Source: Acidobacteriota bacterium
Lineage (GTDB): Bacteria > Acidobacteriota > JAAYUB01
Reading direction: 5' to 3'
NCBI GenBank assembly: GCA_040768985.1
Contig: JAXGLX010000002.1
Span: forward strand, 1,856,637-1,920,636
DNA: 64,000 bases
The translations under genes were made by a program, and so were the position numbers. Below the pieces are notes generated by a model, which searched no databases, was not told the origin of the DNA, and saw only the letters and a list, made by a program, of their open reading frames with translations. How positions within the stretch are numbered: position 1 is the first letter of the stretch; each line of letters opens with the position of its first letter. Below are positions 29,834-40,758 of the stretch, in pieces.

Positions 29834-30777
29834 GCCGCGTGCGTGTTCTCGAAGCCGGTTTTCTCACCACCGTCCAGGACCTGGGCCGGCCAGGCTGGGC
29901 GCACCTGGGGGTATCCGCTGCCGGCGCCGCCGACGCCATCTCGCTGCGCCTGGGCAACCGGCTGTGCGGCAACGCCGACGGGACCCCGGCCCTGGAGCTG
30001 ACCCTGGTGGGCGGCGCCTTCGCCTTCGAGGGACCGGCGCGGATCGCGCTGACGGGCGCCGATTTCTCCGCGACGCTGGACGGCCATCCGGCGCCGGCGT
30101 GGCTCTTACTGGCGGTCGCGCCGGGCCAGGTCCTGCAGCTCGGCCCCGCCCGAAGCGGCACCCGCGGCTACCTCTGCGTCCGCGGCGGTTTCGCCGTACC
30201 GCCCCTACTGGGGAGCGCGGCCACCCACCTCCTGACCGGAATGGGCGGTCACGCCGGCCGGCCGCTGCGCAAGGGCGACGTGCTGGACATCGGGCCGGCG
30301 GCGGACGCGGACGACGTGCCGATGCGGCGCGTCCCGCCGGACGCTCTGGACCGGCTCTTCCCTGCCGGTCCCTTGCGGGCAACCGCGGGTCCCCAGGCCG
30401 ATTACTTCGGGCGGGCTTCGCTGGACCTGTTTTTCTCCAGCCCGTGGCGCGTGCGCGAGTCGTCGGACCGGATGGGGATCCGCCTGGCCGGCCCCGCGCT
30501 GGAGCGGCGCCGCCCTGACGAGCTCCTCACTGAGGGGATCAGCGCCGGCGCCGTGCAGGTGCCCCGCGACGGCCAGCCCATCGTGCTCCACGTAGAGCAT
30601 CCCACCACCGGCGGCTATCCGAAGATCGCCCACGTGATCACCGCCGACGGCCATCGCCTGGGCCAACTCCGGCCGCGGGACGAGATCCGCTTCGCGCCGG
30701 TGGCGCTGGAGCGGGCCGTGGCGCTGCTCCGGGAGCGGGAGGCGCTCATCGACGCCGCGATCCGGGAGGCCGGATGA
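29830..30777 (+). CDS. pxpC: 5-oxoprolinase subunit C
   Basis: [27 protein letters not shown]. Confidence 0.92.
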   Translation: MSRVRVLEAGFLTTVQDLGRPGWAHLGVSAAGAADAISLRLGNRLCGNADGTPALELTLVGGAFAFEGPARIALTGADFSATLDGHPAPAWLLLAVAPGQVLQLGPARSGTRGYLCVRGGFAVPPLLGSAATHLLTGMGGHAGRPLRKGDVLDIGPAADADDVPMRRVPPDALDRLFPAGPLRATAGPQADYFGRASLDLFFSSPWRVRESSDRMGIRLAGPALERRRPDELLTEGISAGAVQVPRDGQPIVLHVEHPTTGGYPKIAHVITADGHRLGQLRPRDEIRFAPVALERAVALLREREALIDAAIREAG

Positions 30778-32027
30778 CACCGGACGCTTCGACACCCTGG
30801 TACCGGGCCGCCACCGCCGTGCAGTGGAAGACGCTGCTGGCCGCCCAGCTTGGCTGGATGCTCGACGCCATGGACGTCATGCTGTACGCCTTCGCCCTGG
30901 GGACGATCCAGCAGGAGTTCGACCTCAGCGGCGCCGGCGCCGGCGCGCTGGCTTCGGTCACGCTGATCACGTCGGCCGCCGGCGGCATCTTTTTCGGCTG
31001 GCTGGCCGACCGGGTCGGCCGGACGCGGGCGCTGATCTACTCCATCCTTGTGTATTCCGTCTGCACGGCGCTCACCGCCACGTCGCGCGGCGTCGCCGAG
31101 CTGGTGTTGTGGCGGTCGCTCGTGGGCATCGGGCTGGGCGGCGAGTGGTCCGCCGGCTCGGTGCTGGTGTCGGAGACATGGCCGGCCGCCCACCGCGGCA
31201 AGGCCATCGGCCTGATGCAGAGCGGCTGGGCCATCGGCTACATCGCCGCCGCGCTGCTCGCCGCCGCCATCCTCCCCGTCTGGGGCTGGCGGGTGCTGTT
31301 CGCCGTCGGCGTGCTGCCCGCCCTGCTGACCCTCTGGATCCGGCGCCACGTGCCCGAACCGGAGGTCTGGCGCGCCGCCGCTCCGGCCGGCGCCCGCGAC
31401 CCGCGGCGCGGCGGGGCGCTGGGCGAGATGTTCCGTCCACCGCTGCGCCGGCCCACCCTGGCGGCCATGATCATGACCACCTGCGTGCTCTTCGCCTACT
31501 GGGGACTGTTCACCTGGCTGCCGTCCTTCCTGGCCGCGCCGCCGGAGCAGGGCGGCGCGGGCCTCGGCATCGTCAAGTCGTCCGGCTGGATCGTGCCCAT
31601 GCAGATCGGGGCGTTTTTCGGCTACACACTGTTCGGCTTCCTCGCCGACCGGCTCGGCCGCCGGCCGGTGTTCGCCGGCTTCCTCATCGCCGCAGCCGTG
31701 CTGGTCCCGGTGTACGGGCAACTGGCGCGCCACGAGCTCGCCCTGCTGGCGCTGGGCCCGCTCATCGGCTTCTTCGGTCACGGCTATTTCAGCGTGTTCG
31801 GCGCCATGCTGGCGGAGCTGTTCCCGACGCGGATCCGCGGCACGGCCCAGGGCATGGTCTACAACGCCGGCCGGGCGGTGAGCGCCCTGGCCCCGTTCAC
31901 CATCGGCGCCCTGGCCGACGCATGGGGCATCGGCAGCGCGCTGGCGCTGACCGCGGCGTTCTTTCTGGCCGGCGCGGCGCTCATGGCATTTCTGCCCGAG
32001 ACGCGGGGGCGGGAGCTGGAGGGGTAG
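30774..32027 (+). CDS. MFS transporter
   Basis: GWLADRVGR motif A; GGEW; multiple TM helices. Confidence 0.92.
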   Translation: MTPDASTPWYRAATAVQWKTLLAAQLGWMLDAMDVMLYAFALGTIQQEFDLSGAGAGALASVTLITSAAGGIFFGWLADRVGRTRALIYSILVYSVCTALTATSRGVAELVLWRSLVGIGLGGEWSAGSVLVSETWPAAHRGKAIGLMQSGWAIGYIAAALLAAAILPVWGWRVLFAVGVLPALLTLWIRRHVPEPEVWRAAAPAGARDPRRGGALGEMFRPPLRRPTLAAMIMTTCVLFAYWGLFTWLPSFLAAPPEQGGAGLGIVKSSGWIVPMQIGAFFGYTLFGFLADRLGRRPVFAGFLIAAAVLVPVYGQLARHELALLALGPLIGFFGHGYFSVFGAMLAELFPTRIRGTAQGMVYNAGRAVSALAPFTIGALADAWGIGSALALTAAFFLAGAALMAFLPETRGRELEG

Positions 32028-32029
32028 CA

Positions 32030-32470
32030 TTCACCTCAGAGGGCACAGAGGACGCGGAGAAGATCATTCGTCATTGGTCATTGGTCATTGGTCATTTCTC
32101 ATTGGTCATTGTCAGAGGAGCGATGGGTGAATAGGTGAATGGGTGAAAAGGTGAATGGGAAGAGCTTATTTATTATTGCTCATTGACTATATTTTATTGG
32201 ATATTTAGAGCCGAGTCGGGTTTTGCCGGGATCCGGGAGGCGGGAACTGGGACCTGGGAACCGGGACCTAGGAACTGAAACCCGGGAACTAGGACCTGTG
32301 AGCTGGGGGCGAGATCCAGGCCCCAGAACCAAGGTCCCAGATCCGATATCCGAAGTCCGATATCCGAAGTCCGATGATCGGGAACGAGCCTCGAGTCTCG
32401 AGCCTCGATAACGATGACGAGCACGATGAACTCTCAACCCTCAACCATCAACCATCAACTATCAACCGAT
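32030..32470. repeat. Modular repeat array inside the pxp cluster
   Basis: (TCATTGG)n, (GGTGAATG)n, (GGGAMCT)n, (CCGATAT/CCGAAGT)n, (CTCGAGY)n, (TCAACCA)n. Confidence 0.9.
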
Positions 32471-32482
32471 GAAAGGTGAACC

Positions 32483-33271
32483 ATGGCCATAACGATCGAT
32501 CTGAACGCGGATGTGGGCGAGCGCCCCGAAGCACTGGCCGACGGCTCCGAGGCCGCACTGCTCCGGCTGGTCACTTCGGCCAACATCGCTTGCGGCGGCC
32601 ACGCCGGCGACGCCGCCACCATGGCCGCGACGGTGCGGCTGGCGCTGGAGTCCGGCACCGCCATCGGCGCCCATCCCGGCTACCCGGATCCCCTGCACTT
32701 CGGCCGGGCGGTCCTCGCCATGGAGCCGGCGGCACTTCGCGCCAGCCTGCTGGCACAGATCCGGGCGCTGGCCGGGATCGCGGCCGCCGCCGGCGCCCGC
32801 CTGGCGCACGTCAAGCCGCACGGCGCGCTCTACAACCTGGCCACGCGTGACGCGGCGACCGCCCGCCTCGTCGCCGAAACGGTGGCGGCGATCGACCCGA
32901 AGCTCGTGCTGGTGGGGCTGGTCGGCTCCGCCCTGCTGGAGGCCGGACGGATGGCGGGACTGGCGGTGGTCGGCGAGGCGTTCGCGGAGCGGCGCTACGA
33001 GGCGGACGGGACGCTGCGCGATCGGTGCCACGACGACGCGTTGGTCCGCGATCCGGCCGAAGCGGCGGCCCAGGCCGTCACCATCGCCCGCGACCGCCGG
33101 GTGACGGCCGTCGACGGCACGGTGGTGCCGGTGGACGCCCGCACGCTGTGCCTCCACGGCGACTCCCCCGGCGCCGTGGTCATCGCCGCCGCGGTCCGCC
33201 AGGCGCTTGAGCGCGCCGGCGTGGTTTTAGCGCCGTTGAGAGTGAACGGAGAGGAGATAGGAGATCGGTGA
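32483..33271 (+). CDS. pxpA: 5-oxoprolinase subunit A (LamB/YcsF)
   Basis: DLNADVGE, SANIACGGHAGD, HVKPHGALYN, TLCLHGD. Confidence 0.95.
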   Translation: MAITIDLNADVGERPEALADGSEAALLRLVTSANIACGGHAGDAATMAATVRLALESGTAIGAHPGYPDPLHFGRAVLAMEPAALRASLLAQIRALAGIAAAAGARLAHVKPHGALYNLATRDAATARLVAETVAAIDPKLVLVGLVGSALLEAGRMAGLAVVGEAFAERRYEADGTLRDRCHDDALVRDPAEAAAQAVTIARDRRVTAVDGTVVPVDARTLCLHGDSPGAVVIAAAVRQALERAGVVLAPLRVNGEEIGDR

Positions 33272-33529
33272 GTCGGTGAATGGGTGAATGGGTGAATCGG
33301 TGAATGGGTGAATCGGTGAATGGGTGAATGGGTGAATCGGTGAATGGGTGAATGGGTGAATCGGTGAATGGGTGAATCGGTGAATGGGTGAATCGGTGAA
33401 TGGGTTGTGAGGGGGATTCATCAATTATGAGAAGACCGATCTCCGATGTCCGATGTCCGATGTCCGATGTCCGCGTCATGGGAACGAGTCTCGAGCCTCG
33501 AGTCTCAATGACGAGCACGATTACGATTC
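33240..33529. repeat. Modular repeat array with a long (GGTGAATS)n tract
   Basis: About 16 near-perfect 8-mer units at ~33275-33403, then (CCGATGT)n, (CTCGAGY)n, (CGATTA). Confidence 0.92.
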
Positions 33530-34887
33530 GGGCCAAGTGACGGCAACCGCGGAACGCTTGGGTGCCAGCAACCCCGGAACGGTATAATGCCCTATCGACT
33601 ACTTGCAAGGATGATACGATGGCAAAAAAAACAGCCGGGAGACGCTGCGTCGGCGCATGATTCTTGACATTCGCCGGGGGCGTTCCTATCGGTGGGTAGC
33701 CCAACGATATGGGGTTGGGCTTGCCACCGTAGCGCGTTGGGTGAACCGAACCGATGGTCAGCGGCTGGATCGGACCGACCTGGTGATCGTCGGCGGCCAT
33801 AGGCGGGCGCTGAACCGGACGGATGACGCAATGGAAGAGCGGGTGCTGACCGTTCGCAGCCAGCTGAAACAGTTCAGCGATCTGGGCGAGTGGGGGGCGG
33901 CCGCCATCCGCCAGGAGCTGATGGCGCAGGGGGTGGTGTCGGTGCCGTCGGTGCGGACTATCGGCCGGATCGTGGCCCGGCGGGGGGCGGTGGCCCGGCG
34001 TTACCTATGCGGCGACCGGCGCCGCGGCCGGGTTGGTATCTACCGTCGGTAGCCAGCGGCTGGCTGGAACTGGACAACTTCGACATCGTTGAAGGGTTGG
34101 CGATTCGAGGCGGGCCTGGATTCAGATTGTTCAACGGCATCTCGCTCCACGGAGCCCTGGCGGACACGCATATTCAAGTGTGGGGATTCACCGCCCGAAC
34201 GGTACTGACCGCCTGCCTAGTCCATTGGCGGCGCATGATGCCCCGCCTACGCCCAGTTTGACAATGACAGCCATTCCCGGGGCCGCACAGCCGCCCGGAC
34301 GTCATCAGCCGGGTGATGCGGTTGTGCACGGCGCACTAGGCATCGTGCCGGTGTTTGCGCCACCCGCGAAATGGGCTTCCAGGCCGCCATCGAGCACTAC
34401 AACGGGTTGTGGCCAGGCCAGAGTGTGGCACCGGTTTGTCTATGCCTCACTGGAGGAGGTCAAGCGCAGACGGAACGGTTTCTGACCGCGCGCACCCTGC
34501 AACTGGCTCGCCGCATGGCCGAGGCCCCGGCTCGCCCCGGATCCCATCCACATGGCGACTGGACTTGCAACAACCGCTGCTCGGCCAAGTCATCTTTCTG
34601 CGTCGGAGCGATGACCAGGGCCACGTGACAGTGCTCGGCCGGCGGCTTGCGGTGGATCGCCATTGGGTGAACCGGTTGGTCCGCTGTACGATGGATCTAT
34701 CGAATCAGGAAATCGATTTCTACGGCCTTTCGCGCCGCGATCCCACCGTACAACCCTTGCTGGGACAGGCTCCTTACGTAATCCCCGATAAACGCTTCCA
34801 TGAATAAGCCCGCCAGACAAGGCTTTTCGCTGGGGTGATGTCAGGGTCGGCAGTTTTTTGCGTTCCGCGGTTGCTGTCACTTGGCCA
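33530..34887 (+). mobile_element. Degenerate IS481-like element with frameshifted transposase
   Basis: ~27-bp IR GGCCAAGTGAC(G/A)GCAACCGCGGAACGC; HTH fragment (SYRWVAQRYGVGLATVARWV) and integrase-core fragments split over several frames. Confidence 0.75.
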
Positions 34888-34987
34888 TTACGAATTACGA
34901 TTACGTCTCACGATCACGACAGCCTTGCCCCCTAACCCAGATCCCCCGTCTCCTATTTCTCCTATCTCCTATCTCTTATCCCCTATC

Positions 34988-36488
34988 TGACAAGTAGCAT
35001 CACATCGTGCACAAAAAAATAGCATGACATCGTGCACAACAACGGTCGCATATTGCATCACATCGTGCCACCGCCCTCGGTTTTAAGGCCATCAAATAGC
35101 GGGACATCGTGCACACTGATCACTTGGCCCACCGCGCCCGCTCGAACCCACCGATGAAGCGAAGGCAACGGCTCGGTATCATCTCCGCAATAGGAGGTGC
35201 CCATGAGCCAAGAAGAAGACATCCGGCGGCTGGCCGTGGAGCGGGTTCAGCAGGGTGAAAGTGTCCGCTCGGTGGCCACCAGTATCGGCAAGAGTCGGCG
35301 GTGGGTTTATAAATGGTTAGCCCGGCGGGCAAGTGGCGCGGCGGACTGGATGCAGACCCGATCCCGGGCGCCGAAGCGGCCCGCCGTACGCATCGACCCG
35401 GAAACCAAGGTGTTGATTGCGCAAACCCGGCTGGCGTTAGAGCAGACCAAATATGCGCAGAAAGGCGTCATGGCCATCCAATGGGCCTTTCGAAAACAAA
35501 ATCGGCCGGTTCCTCCGGGATGGCAGATCAATCGGGTTCTGAAGAGTCAGGGCTTGGTCCATCAGTCCGTTAAAAAAGAGGCCAAAGGCGTGGCATATCC
35601 CGTCGTCGGGATGGCAGTCCACGGATCGGTGCAGGAGATGGATCTGTGGGGAGCCGCGGTACATTAAAGGCGACGGGCGTTTTTACTCGTTGAATGTGAT
35701 TGATCGACACAGTCACACCGTCTGTCTGAATCCGATTCGAAGCAAAGCCAGACGAAGCCGTCGCCGCTGCCCTGGCCGCGTCTTGGGAACGGATCGGAGT
35801 CCCCGATTATCTCCAGATGGACAACGAGCTGAGTTTCCACGGCTCCAATCGGTATCCACGTTCGTTCGGCCACGTCATCCGCTTGTGTCTGGCGAATCGC
35901 ACCATCGCGGTGTTTGTGCCGATCGGCGAGCCTTGGCGGCAAGGGGTCGTGGAGCGCTTTCATGACGTGTTGGATCGGCTGTTTTTTCGGCAGACCGCAT
36001 TCACTTCATTTCGGCATCTGTGTGCGGAGAGCCGCGTGTTCGGGCGTTTCACAATGCCAGCCACTGCTATTCCCGGTTGAACAGGAAAACGCCCAACATG
36101 GTGAGAACTCAAGACGGCGAGCAGGGCGGACCGCATCAGATTGCGGGTCCGGTTCCGGCTAAAGCGCCGCTGGACTATGGCAGATCTGGCTGGTCCGATT
36201 CATTCGCAGCGATTTGATCCTGGATGTGTTTTCGGAAAAATTCAAACTGCCCAAGGTGGCCCAGTATACGTACGTCGTTGCCAAGATCGATCTCTTGGAG
36301 CAGATGCTGTATGTCTGCGACTCGAACGGGCACATGATCAGCCGGAAGGGATACATCAGATCGTGACTGTGTGCACGATGTGTTGCTATTCGGCCACCCT
36401 TAAAAACTCCCCCCTCGGGGGAGTTGTGCACGATGTTAGTGAACATCGGTCATCAGAAAAGTTGTGCACGATGTGATGCTATGCAACA
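34988..36488 (+). mobile_element. Degenerate IS481-like element with multiple terminal repeats
   Basis: TG...CA ends; several ACATCGTGCAC repeats at each end; flanking CCTATC duplication (34982-34987 and 36489-36494). Confidence 0.8.
35203..36367 (+). pseudogene. Frameshifted IS481/rve-type transposase
   Basis: HTH (SVRSVATSIGKSRRWVYKW), EMD, QMDNELSF and QGVVERFH lie in different reading frames. Confidence 0.8.
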
Positions 36489-36529
36489 CCTATCTCCTAT
36501 CTCCTATCTCCTAATTCTCCGTTCACTGT

Positions 36530-37294
36530 TCACTGTTTACCCGCTATCCGCGGATAGAGCCGGGCGGCGCAGTCGGGGCAGATGCCGTGGCTGAACTCGG
36601 CTTCGGAGTGCTCGCGGATGTACTGCTCCAGTTGGTTCCAGGCGCCGTTGGAGTCGCGGATTTTTTTGCAACTGGCGCAGATGGGAATGATCCCCCGCAG
36701 GGTTCGGATCTCGGCCAGGGCTTTCTCCAGCTTGCCGCAGAGCTCGACCTTCTCCATCTCGGCCGTCTTGCGGCGGGTGATGTCCAGTTGGGCGCCCAGG
36801 GCCCGCAGCGGCCGGCCGTCGGCGCTGCGGGCGACGATGCGGCCCCAGTTGAGGATCCAGCGCCAGCTGCCGTCGCGGAAGCGGAGCCGGTGCTCCACCT
36901 CGAACGCAGGCGTCTCGCCGCACTCGTGGCGGCGCGCCGCCACCTCGACCGCGGGCAGGTCGTCGGGGTGGATCAGCTCCTTCCACGCGGTGGCATGATC
37001 CTCGATGTCGCCGGGCGAATAGCCCAGCATTTTCGCCCAGCTGTCGCTGCGGACCACCCGGCCGGTGGTGAAGTCGTGGTCCCACCAGGCCAGCCCCGCG
37101 CTTTCCACGGCCATGGCCAGGCGCTCCTGCGCGTGGAATGCCTCCTCCAACAGGGCGGGATCGACATCGCCGACCGCCGTGTCAGAGCCGAGTGCCGAAA
37201 CAATGGTTTCGAGCTGGTCCACCCGCGCCATCAGCCGGTCGATTTCCGCCGCCAGCCGTTCCCGTGTGCCTAAAAGGGTCTGCATCCGCCCCAT
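36530..37294 (-). CDS. PAS_3 domain protein with C-terminal Cys-rich domain
   Basis: IHPDD, RDGSWRWI; IPICASCKKIRD...FSHGICPDC. Confidence 0.85.
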   Translation of the reverse strand: MGRMQTLLGTRERLAAEIDRLMARVDQLETIVSALGSDTAVGDVDPALLEEAFHAQERLAMAVESAGLAWWDHDFTTGRVVRSDSWAKMLGYSPGDIEDHATAWKELIHPDDLPAVEVAARRHECGETPAFEVEHRLRFRDGSWRWILNWGRIVARSADGRPLRALGAQLDITRRKTAEMEKVELCGKLEKALAEIRTLRGIIPICASCKKIRDSNGAWNQLEQYIREHSEAEFSHGICPDCAARLYPRIAGKQ

Positions 37295-37515
37295 CTCCTC
37301 CCGCGCCGATTCAGCCCGTCACGGCGCCGGATCGCGAAAAGTTGACATGCCGGTCACAAAATCGTCATGTATATGAAAAGCGAAATATACCGCCGCCGAT
37401 GAAACCGTGGCAAGACTTTTTTTCACTGAAAGCACTCCGGCGGCGTCCGCGGCGTGACACGGACCGCCCCCTCGGGTACAATACCCCCGACACCCCGCCG
37501 CACAAGGAGATCGCC

Positions 37516-38523
37516 ATGACCGATGATGCCCCCGTCAAGATCAAGCAGCCGCCGGTCCTGTTCAGCCAGACCCAGGAGATCATCCAGCGCCTGGCCGGCC
37601 TTCTGGACGGCGTGCTCATCACTTACTGGAACAGCCCCAGCGGCTCGGTCTGCGACAACGACGTCGTCGCCGTCCACCAGATGCTGGAGCGGATCGGCCG
37701 GGTGGAGCGCCTCTACCTCTTCATCAAGTCCGAGGGGGGCGACGGCCAGGCCGCGCTCCGGATCGTCCACCTGCTGCGCCAGTACGCCCGGGAGATCGTC
37801 GCGCTGATCCCGCTGGAGTGCGCCTCGGCGGCCACCATGATCGCGCTGGGGGCCAACGAGCTGCACATGGGACCCATGGCCCACCTCACGGCCATCGACA
37901 CGTCGCTGACGCACCCGCTCTCCCCGGTGGACCGCGACAACGAGCGGGTGAGCGTCAGCCTGGACGAGCTCAAGCGCGTGATCGGGCTGTGGGACCGGGA
38001 GAAGCAGGTGGAGCAGTCCAACCCGTACCAGGCCCTCTTCGCCCACGTGCACCCGCTGGTGATCGGCGCGGTGGACCGGGCCGACTCGCTCTCCATCATG
38101 CTCTGCAAGGAGATCCTGTCGTACCACATCCAGGACGAGGCCACCGCCGAGCGGATCGCCCACACCCTGAACACCCGCTACCCCTCGCACTCGTATCCCA
38201 TCCTGTCCATCGAGGCGCGCCGGCTGGGTCTGGCGGTGCGCGAGCTCGAGCCGGCGGTGCACGATCTGCTCATCGACCTGAACCTGATCTACGCCGAGAT
38301 GGGGCAGCGCGCCGTGACCGACTTCAGCGAGATCCGCAGCCACAACAACGAGATCCTGAACATCATCGAGACGCGCGACGTCCAGCTCTACTTCCAGACG
38401 GACAAGGACTGGTTCTACCGCACCGAGGAGCGCCGCTGGGTGCCGCTCAACGACAACAGCTGCTGGCGCCTCGTGGAACGGATCGACGGCAAGATCCGCA
38501 AGCAGATGTTCCATCTGGCCTGA
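37516..38523 (+). CDS. ClpP-like serine protease (SDH_sah family)
   Basis: KSEGGD, CASAATMIALGA, LTAID, SHSYPI; AAGGAG RBS. Confidence 0.8.
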   Translation: MTDDAPVKIKQPPVLFSQTQEIIQRLAGLLDGVLITYWNSPSGSVCDNDVVAVHQMLERIGRVERLYLFIKSEGGDGQAALRIVHLLRQYAREIVALIPLECASAATMIALGANELHMGPMAHLTAIDTSLTHPLSPVDRDNERVSVSLDELKRVIGLWDREKQVEQSNPYQALFAHVHPLVIGAVDRADSLSIMLCKEILSYHIQDEATAERIAHTLNTRYPSHSYPILSIEARRLGLAVRELEPAVHDLLIDLNLIYAEMGQRAVTDFSEIRSHNNEILNIIETRDVQLYFQTDKDWFYRTEERRWVPLNDNSCWRLVERIDGKIRKQMFHLA

Positions 38524-38555
38524 CCGGGCGGGCCGGCCGCCGGGAGCCGACGGAC

Positions 38556-39719
38556 ATGCCGGGGCACCGCTTTCATCTCACCCTCACCGAGCGCTGCAAC
38601 GCCCGCTGCGCCCACTGCTATTGGGACGCGGCCGGCGTCCATCCCGATCCCGGCCTCGATCGCGTGGCGCACATCCTGGCGGAGTTCCGGCGTTTCGGCC
38701 GCGCCCACAGCGAGCGGGGCCGGTCCATCCTAACCCTGAGCGGCGGCGAACCCACCCTGCGCCACGACCTCGAGGCGGTGATCCGCCTGGCCCGGCGGCG
38801 GGGCTTCCGCGTGCGCCTCGTCACCAACGCCATGGCGCTCGACGCGGCGCGGGCCCGGTCGCTGCGGCAGGCCGGCCTGCGGCTGGTCCAGGTGAGCGTG
38901 GACGGGACCGAGGCCGGCACGTTCGAGCGCGTGCGCGGTCCAGGCACATGGGATCCGACGCGGACCGGCATCGAGGCGCTGCGATCCGCGGGGATGTTCG
39001 TGGTGCTGAGCATGGTCCTGCTGCCGGACGTCAACCTGGACGAAGCCCCCCGCCTGCTGGACCTGACCCGGACGCTGGGCGTGGCCGGCGCCAAGTTCGC
39101 CCGGCCGGTCTGCGCCGGTCAGGCCGAACGCCACAGCGCCGCCGGCGCGGCCGACTACTGGGGGGCGTTCCGCCGGATTCTGGAGCACGCCCGGGCCATC
39201 CGCTACCGCCGGCCGTTGCTCCTGTTCGATCCGCTGGCCCATCGCCTGGTTGCCGACCACCCGGAGCTGACCCGCGGCGTGTGGGGACTGGACACCGTGC
39301 TCTGCCGCTGCGAGCGGACCGAGCTCGTGGAGGTCAACGGCGCCACTGGTGACGTGTACTACTGCCGCCTGCGCCACCCGCTGGGCAACCTGGACCGTGA
39401 CGACCTGGTGGGGCTCTGGCGCACCCACCCGGCGCTGGACGCCATCCGCCGCCGCGCGCCCGCCTCGGCCTGCGCCGCCTGCCCCGCGTGGGCGGGGTGC
39501 CGCGGGGGCTGCCCCGCCGTCACCTTCGGCCGAACGGGCGCGGTCGATCGCCAGGACGCCGATTGCCCCGCCGTGGCCGCCCAGTCTGAACCGCCGTGCA
39601 ATCTGCCCGCTGGCGCGTACCCGCGCCCCGCCCGGCTGTCGCTGCCCGCAGCCGCCCGGAGCGCCGGGCGGCTGCTCCGCTCCCTGGCCTTCTACACGGT
39701 GCTGCGCAACCGGGGGTAA
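38556..39719 (+). CDS. Radical SAM/SPASM domain protein
   Basis: CNARCAHC, SGGEP, VSVDG; C-terminal CAAC....CRGGCP..DCP. Confidence 0.9.
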   Translation: MPGHRFHLTLTERCNARCAHCYWDAAGVHPDPGLDRVAHILAEFRRFGRAHSERGRSILTLSGGEPTLRHDLEAVIRLARRRGFRVRLVTNAMALDAARARSLRQAGLRLVQVSVDGTEAGTFERVRGPGTWDPTRTGIEALRSAGMFVVLSMVLLPDVNLDEAPRLLDLTRTLGVAGAKFARPVCAGQAERHSAAGAADYWGAFRRILEHARAIRYRRPLLLFDPLAHRLVADHPELTRGVWGLDTVLCRCERTELVEVNGATGDVYYCRLRHPLGNLDRDDLVGLWRTHPALDAIRRRAPASACAACPAWAGCRGGCPAVTFGRTGAVDRQDADCPAVAAQSEPPCNLPAGAYPRPARLSLPAAARSAGRLLRSLAFYTVLRNRG

Positions 39720-39732
39720 CGGCCGCCAGTCT

Positions 39733-39928
39733 TTCACCACAAAGACACGAAGGACACAGAGGAATCCAGTTGTCATTGATCATCTGACATTTTTCATCGG
39801 GCATTTCGGATTATTGGTTAGTAATCGTAATTCGTAATCGTAATCGTGCTCGAGGCTCGAGCACGAATTACGAATTACGAGCACGAAATCCGAAGTCCGA
39901 TATCCGATGTCCGATGTCCGATGTCCGT
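39733..39928. repeat. Modular repeat array
   Basis: CACCACAAAGACACGAAGGACACAG unit; 51-nt block matching the reverse complement of 18367-18417; (CGTAAT)n; (CCGATGT)n. Confidence 0.85.
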
Positions 39929-39932
39929 CCCC

Positions 39933-40592
39933 CTACAGCATCGCCACCAGCACCATCAACACCGTGACCAGCATGGCCGGGTTGTCCAGCCAGCCGGGGA
40001 CGGCTGCTTCCGCTGCGGCCCCGGCCAGGGCCGCGGCGCCGGCGGCGGGCAGCAGCGCCGGCAGGGCCAACCCGTAGCCGAAGTGGCCGCCGATCGTCAC
40101 GATCCCCAGGACGGCTGCTGCGTTGACGGCCGCCCCGACCAGCGACTTGCCTGTCCAGGGGAGACGCGGTCCGCCCAGGCGCCGGCCGGCGATCGCCGCG
40201 GCGGCGTCCCCCCCGCTCATGGCCAGCACCGCCAGCACCAGCTCCGCGCGCCGGCCGGCCAGCCAGGCCCAGCCAAGGGCGAGCAGCGGCCAGACCACCA
40301 CGGCCAGGTAGTAGAGGCCGCGCTCCAGGCGGATGGTCCGCCGGTGGCGCCGCCAGTTGGCTCCCGCATTGCCGGCGAGGATCAGGGCGAGAGCCGGCAG
40401 GAACAACCAGGCCCGCGTCAACCCGTGGACCAGGGGAATCACCCAGACCCCCAGCGCCACGTGGAACACCTTCCGCCCGGCGAACGCCGACAGGCGGCCC
40501 CGCCGGACGACTCCCCCCAGCAGGTCGTGGGTCAACCGCATGCCCGCGAGCCACGCGCCCGCAATGACCAGTTCCCAACCCAGATCGCTCAT
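39933..40592 (-). CDS. Phytol/dolichol kinase-like (CTP_transf_1) membrane protein
   Basis: RKVFH, GDAAAAIAG, GKSLVG, LDN motifs. Confidence 0.8.
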   Translation of the reverse strand: MSDLGWELVIAGAWLAGMRLTHDLLGGVVRRGRLSAFAGRKVFHVALGVWVIPLVHGLTRAWLFLPALALILAGNAGANWRRHRRTIRLERGLYYLAVVVWPLLALGWAWLAGRRAELVLAVLAMSGGDAAAAIAGRRLGGPRLPWTGKSLVGAAVNAAAVLGIVTIGGHFGYGLALPALLPAAGAAALAGAAAEAAVPGWLDNPAMLVTVLMVLVAML

Positions 40593-40758
40593 GCCTCCAT
40601 TATGCCAGACGAGACGCCACCCGGCCAGTCGTCTGCCGCCCCCCGGCTGGTCCGGCGCGGTTCCCTTCGAAAATAATTATTTACAAAAATTGCGAAATTT
40701 ATCGCCGGTGCTGTCGATAAATACACTAAAGTAGTGATCCATCCCCCTGGAGGTGCCC

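Noticed and set aside
33275-33403. CRISPR array
   Set aside because: Contiguous 8-mer units with no unique spacers and no cas genes.
34988-35120. CRISPR- or iteron-like spaced repeats
   Set aside because: Mirrored in inverted orientation at ~36369-36488, so better explained as transposase-binding sites at IS ends.
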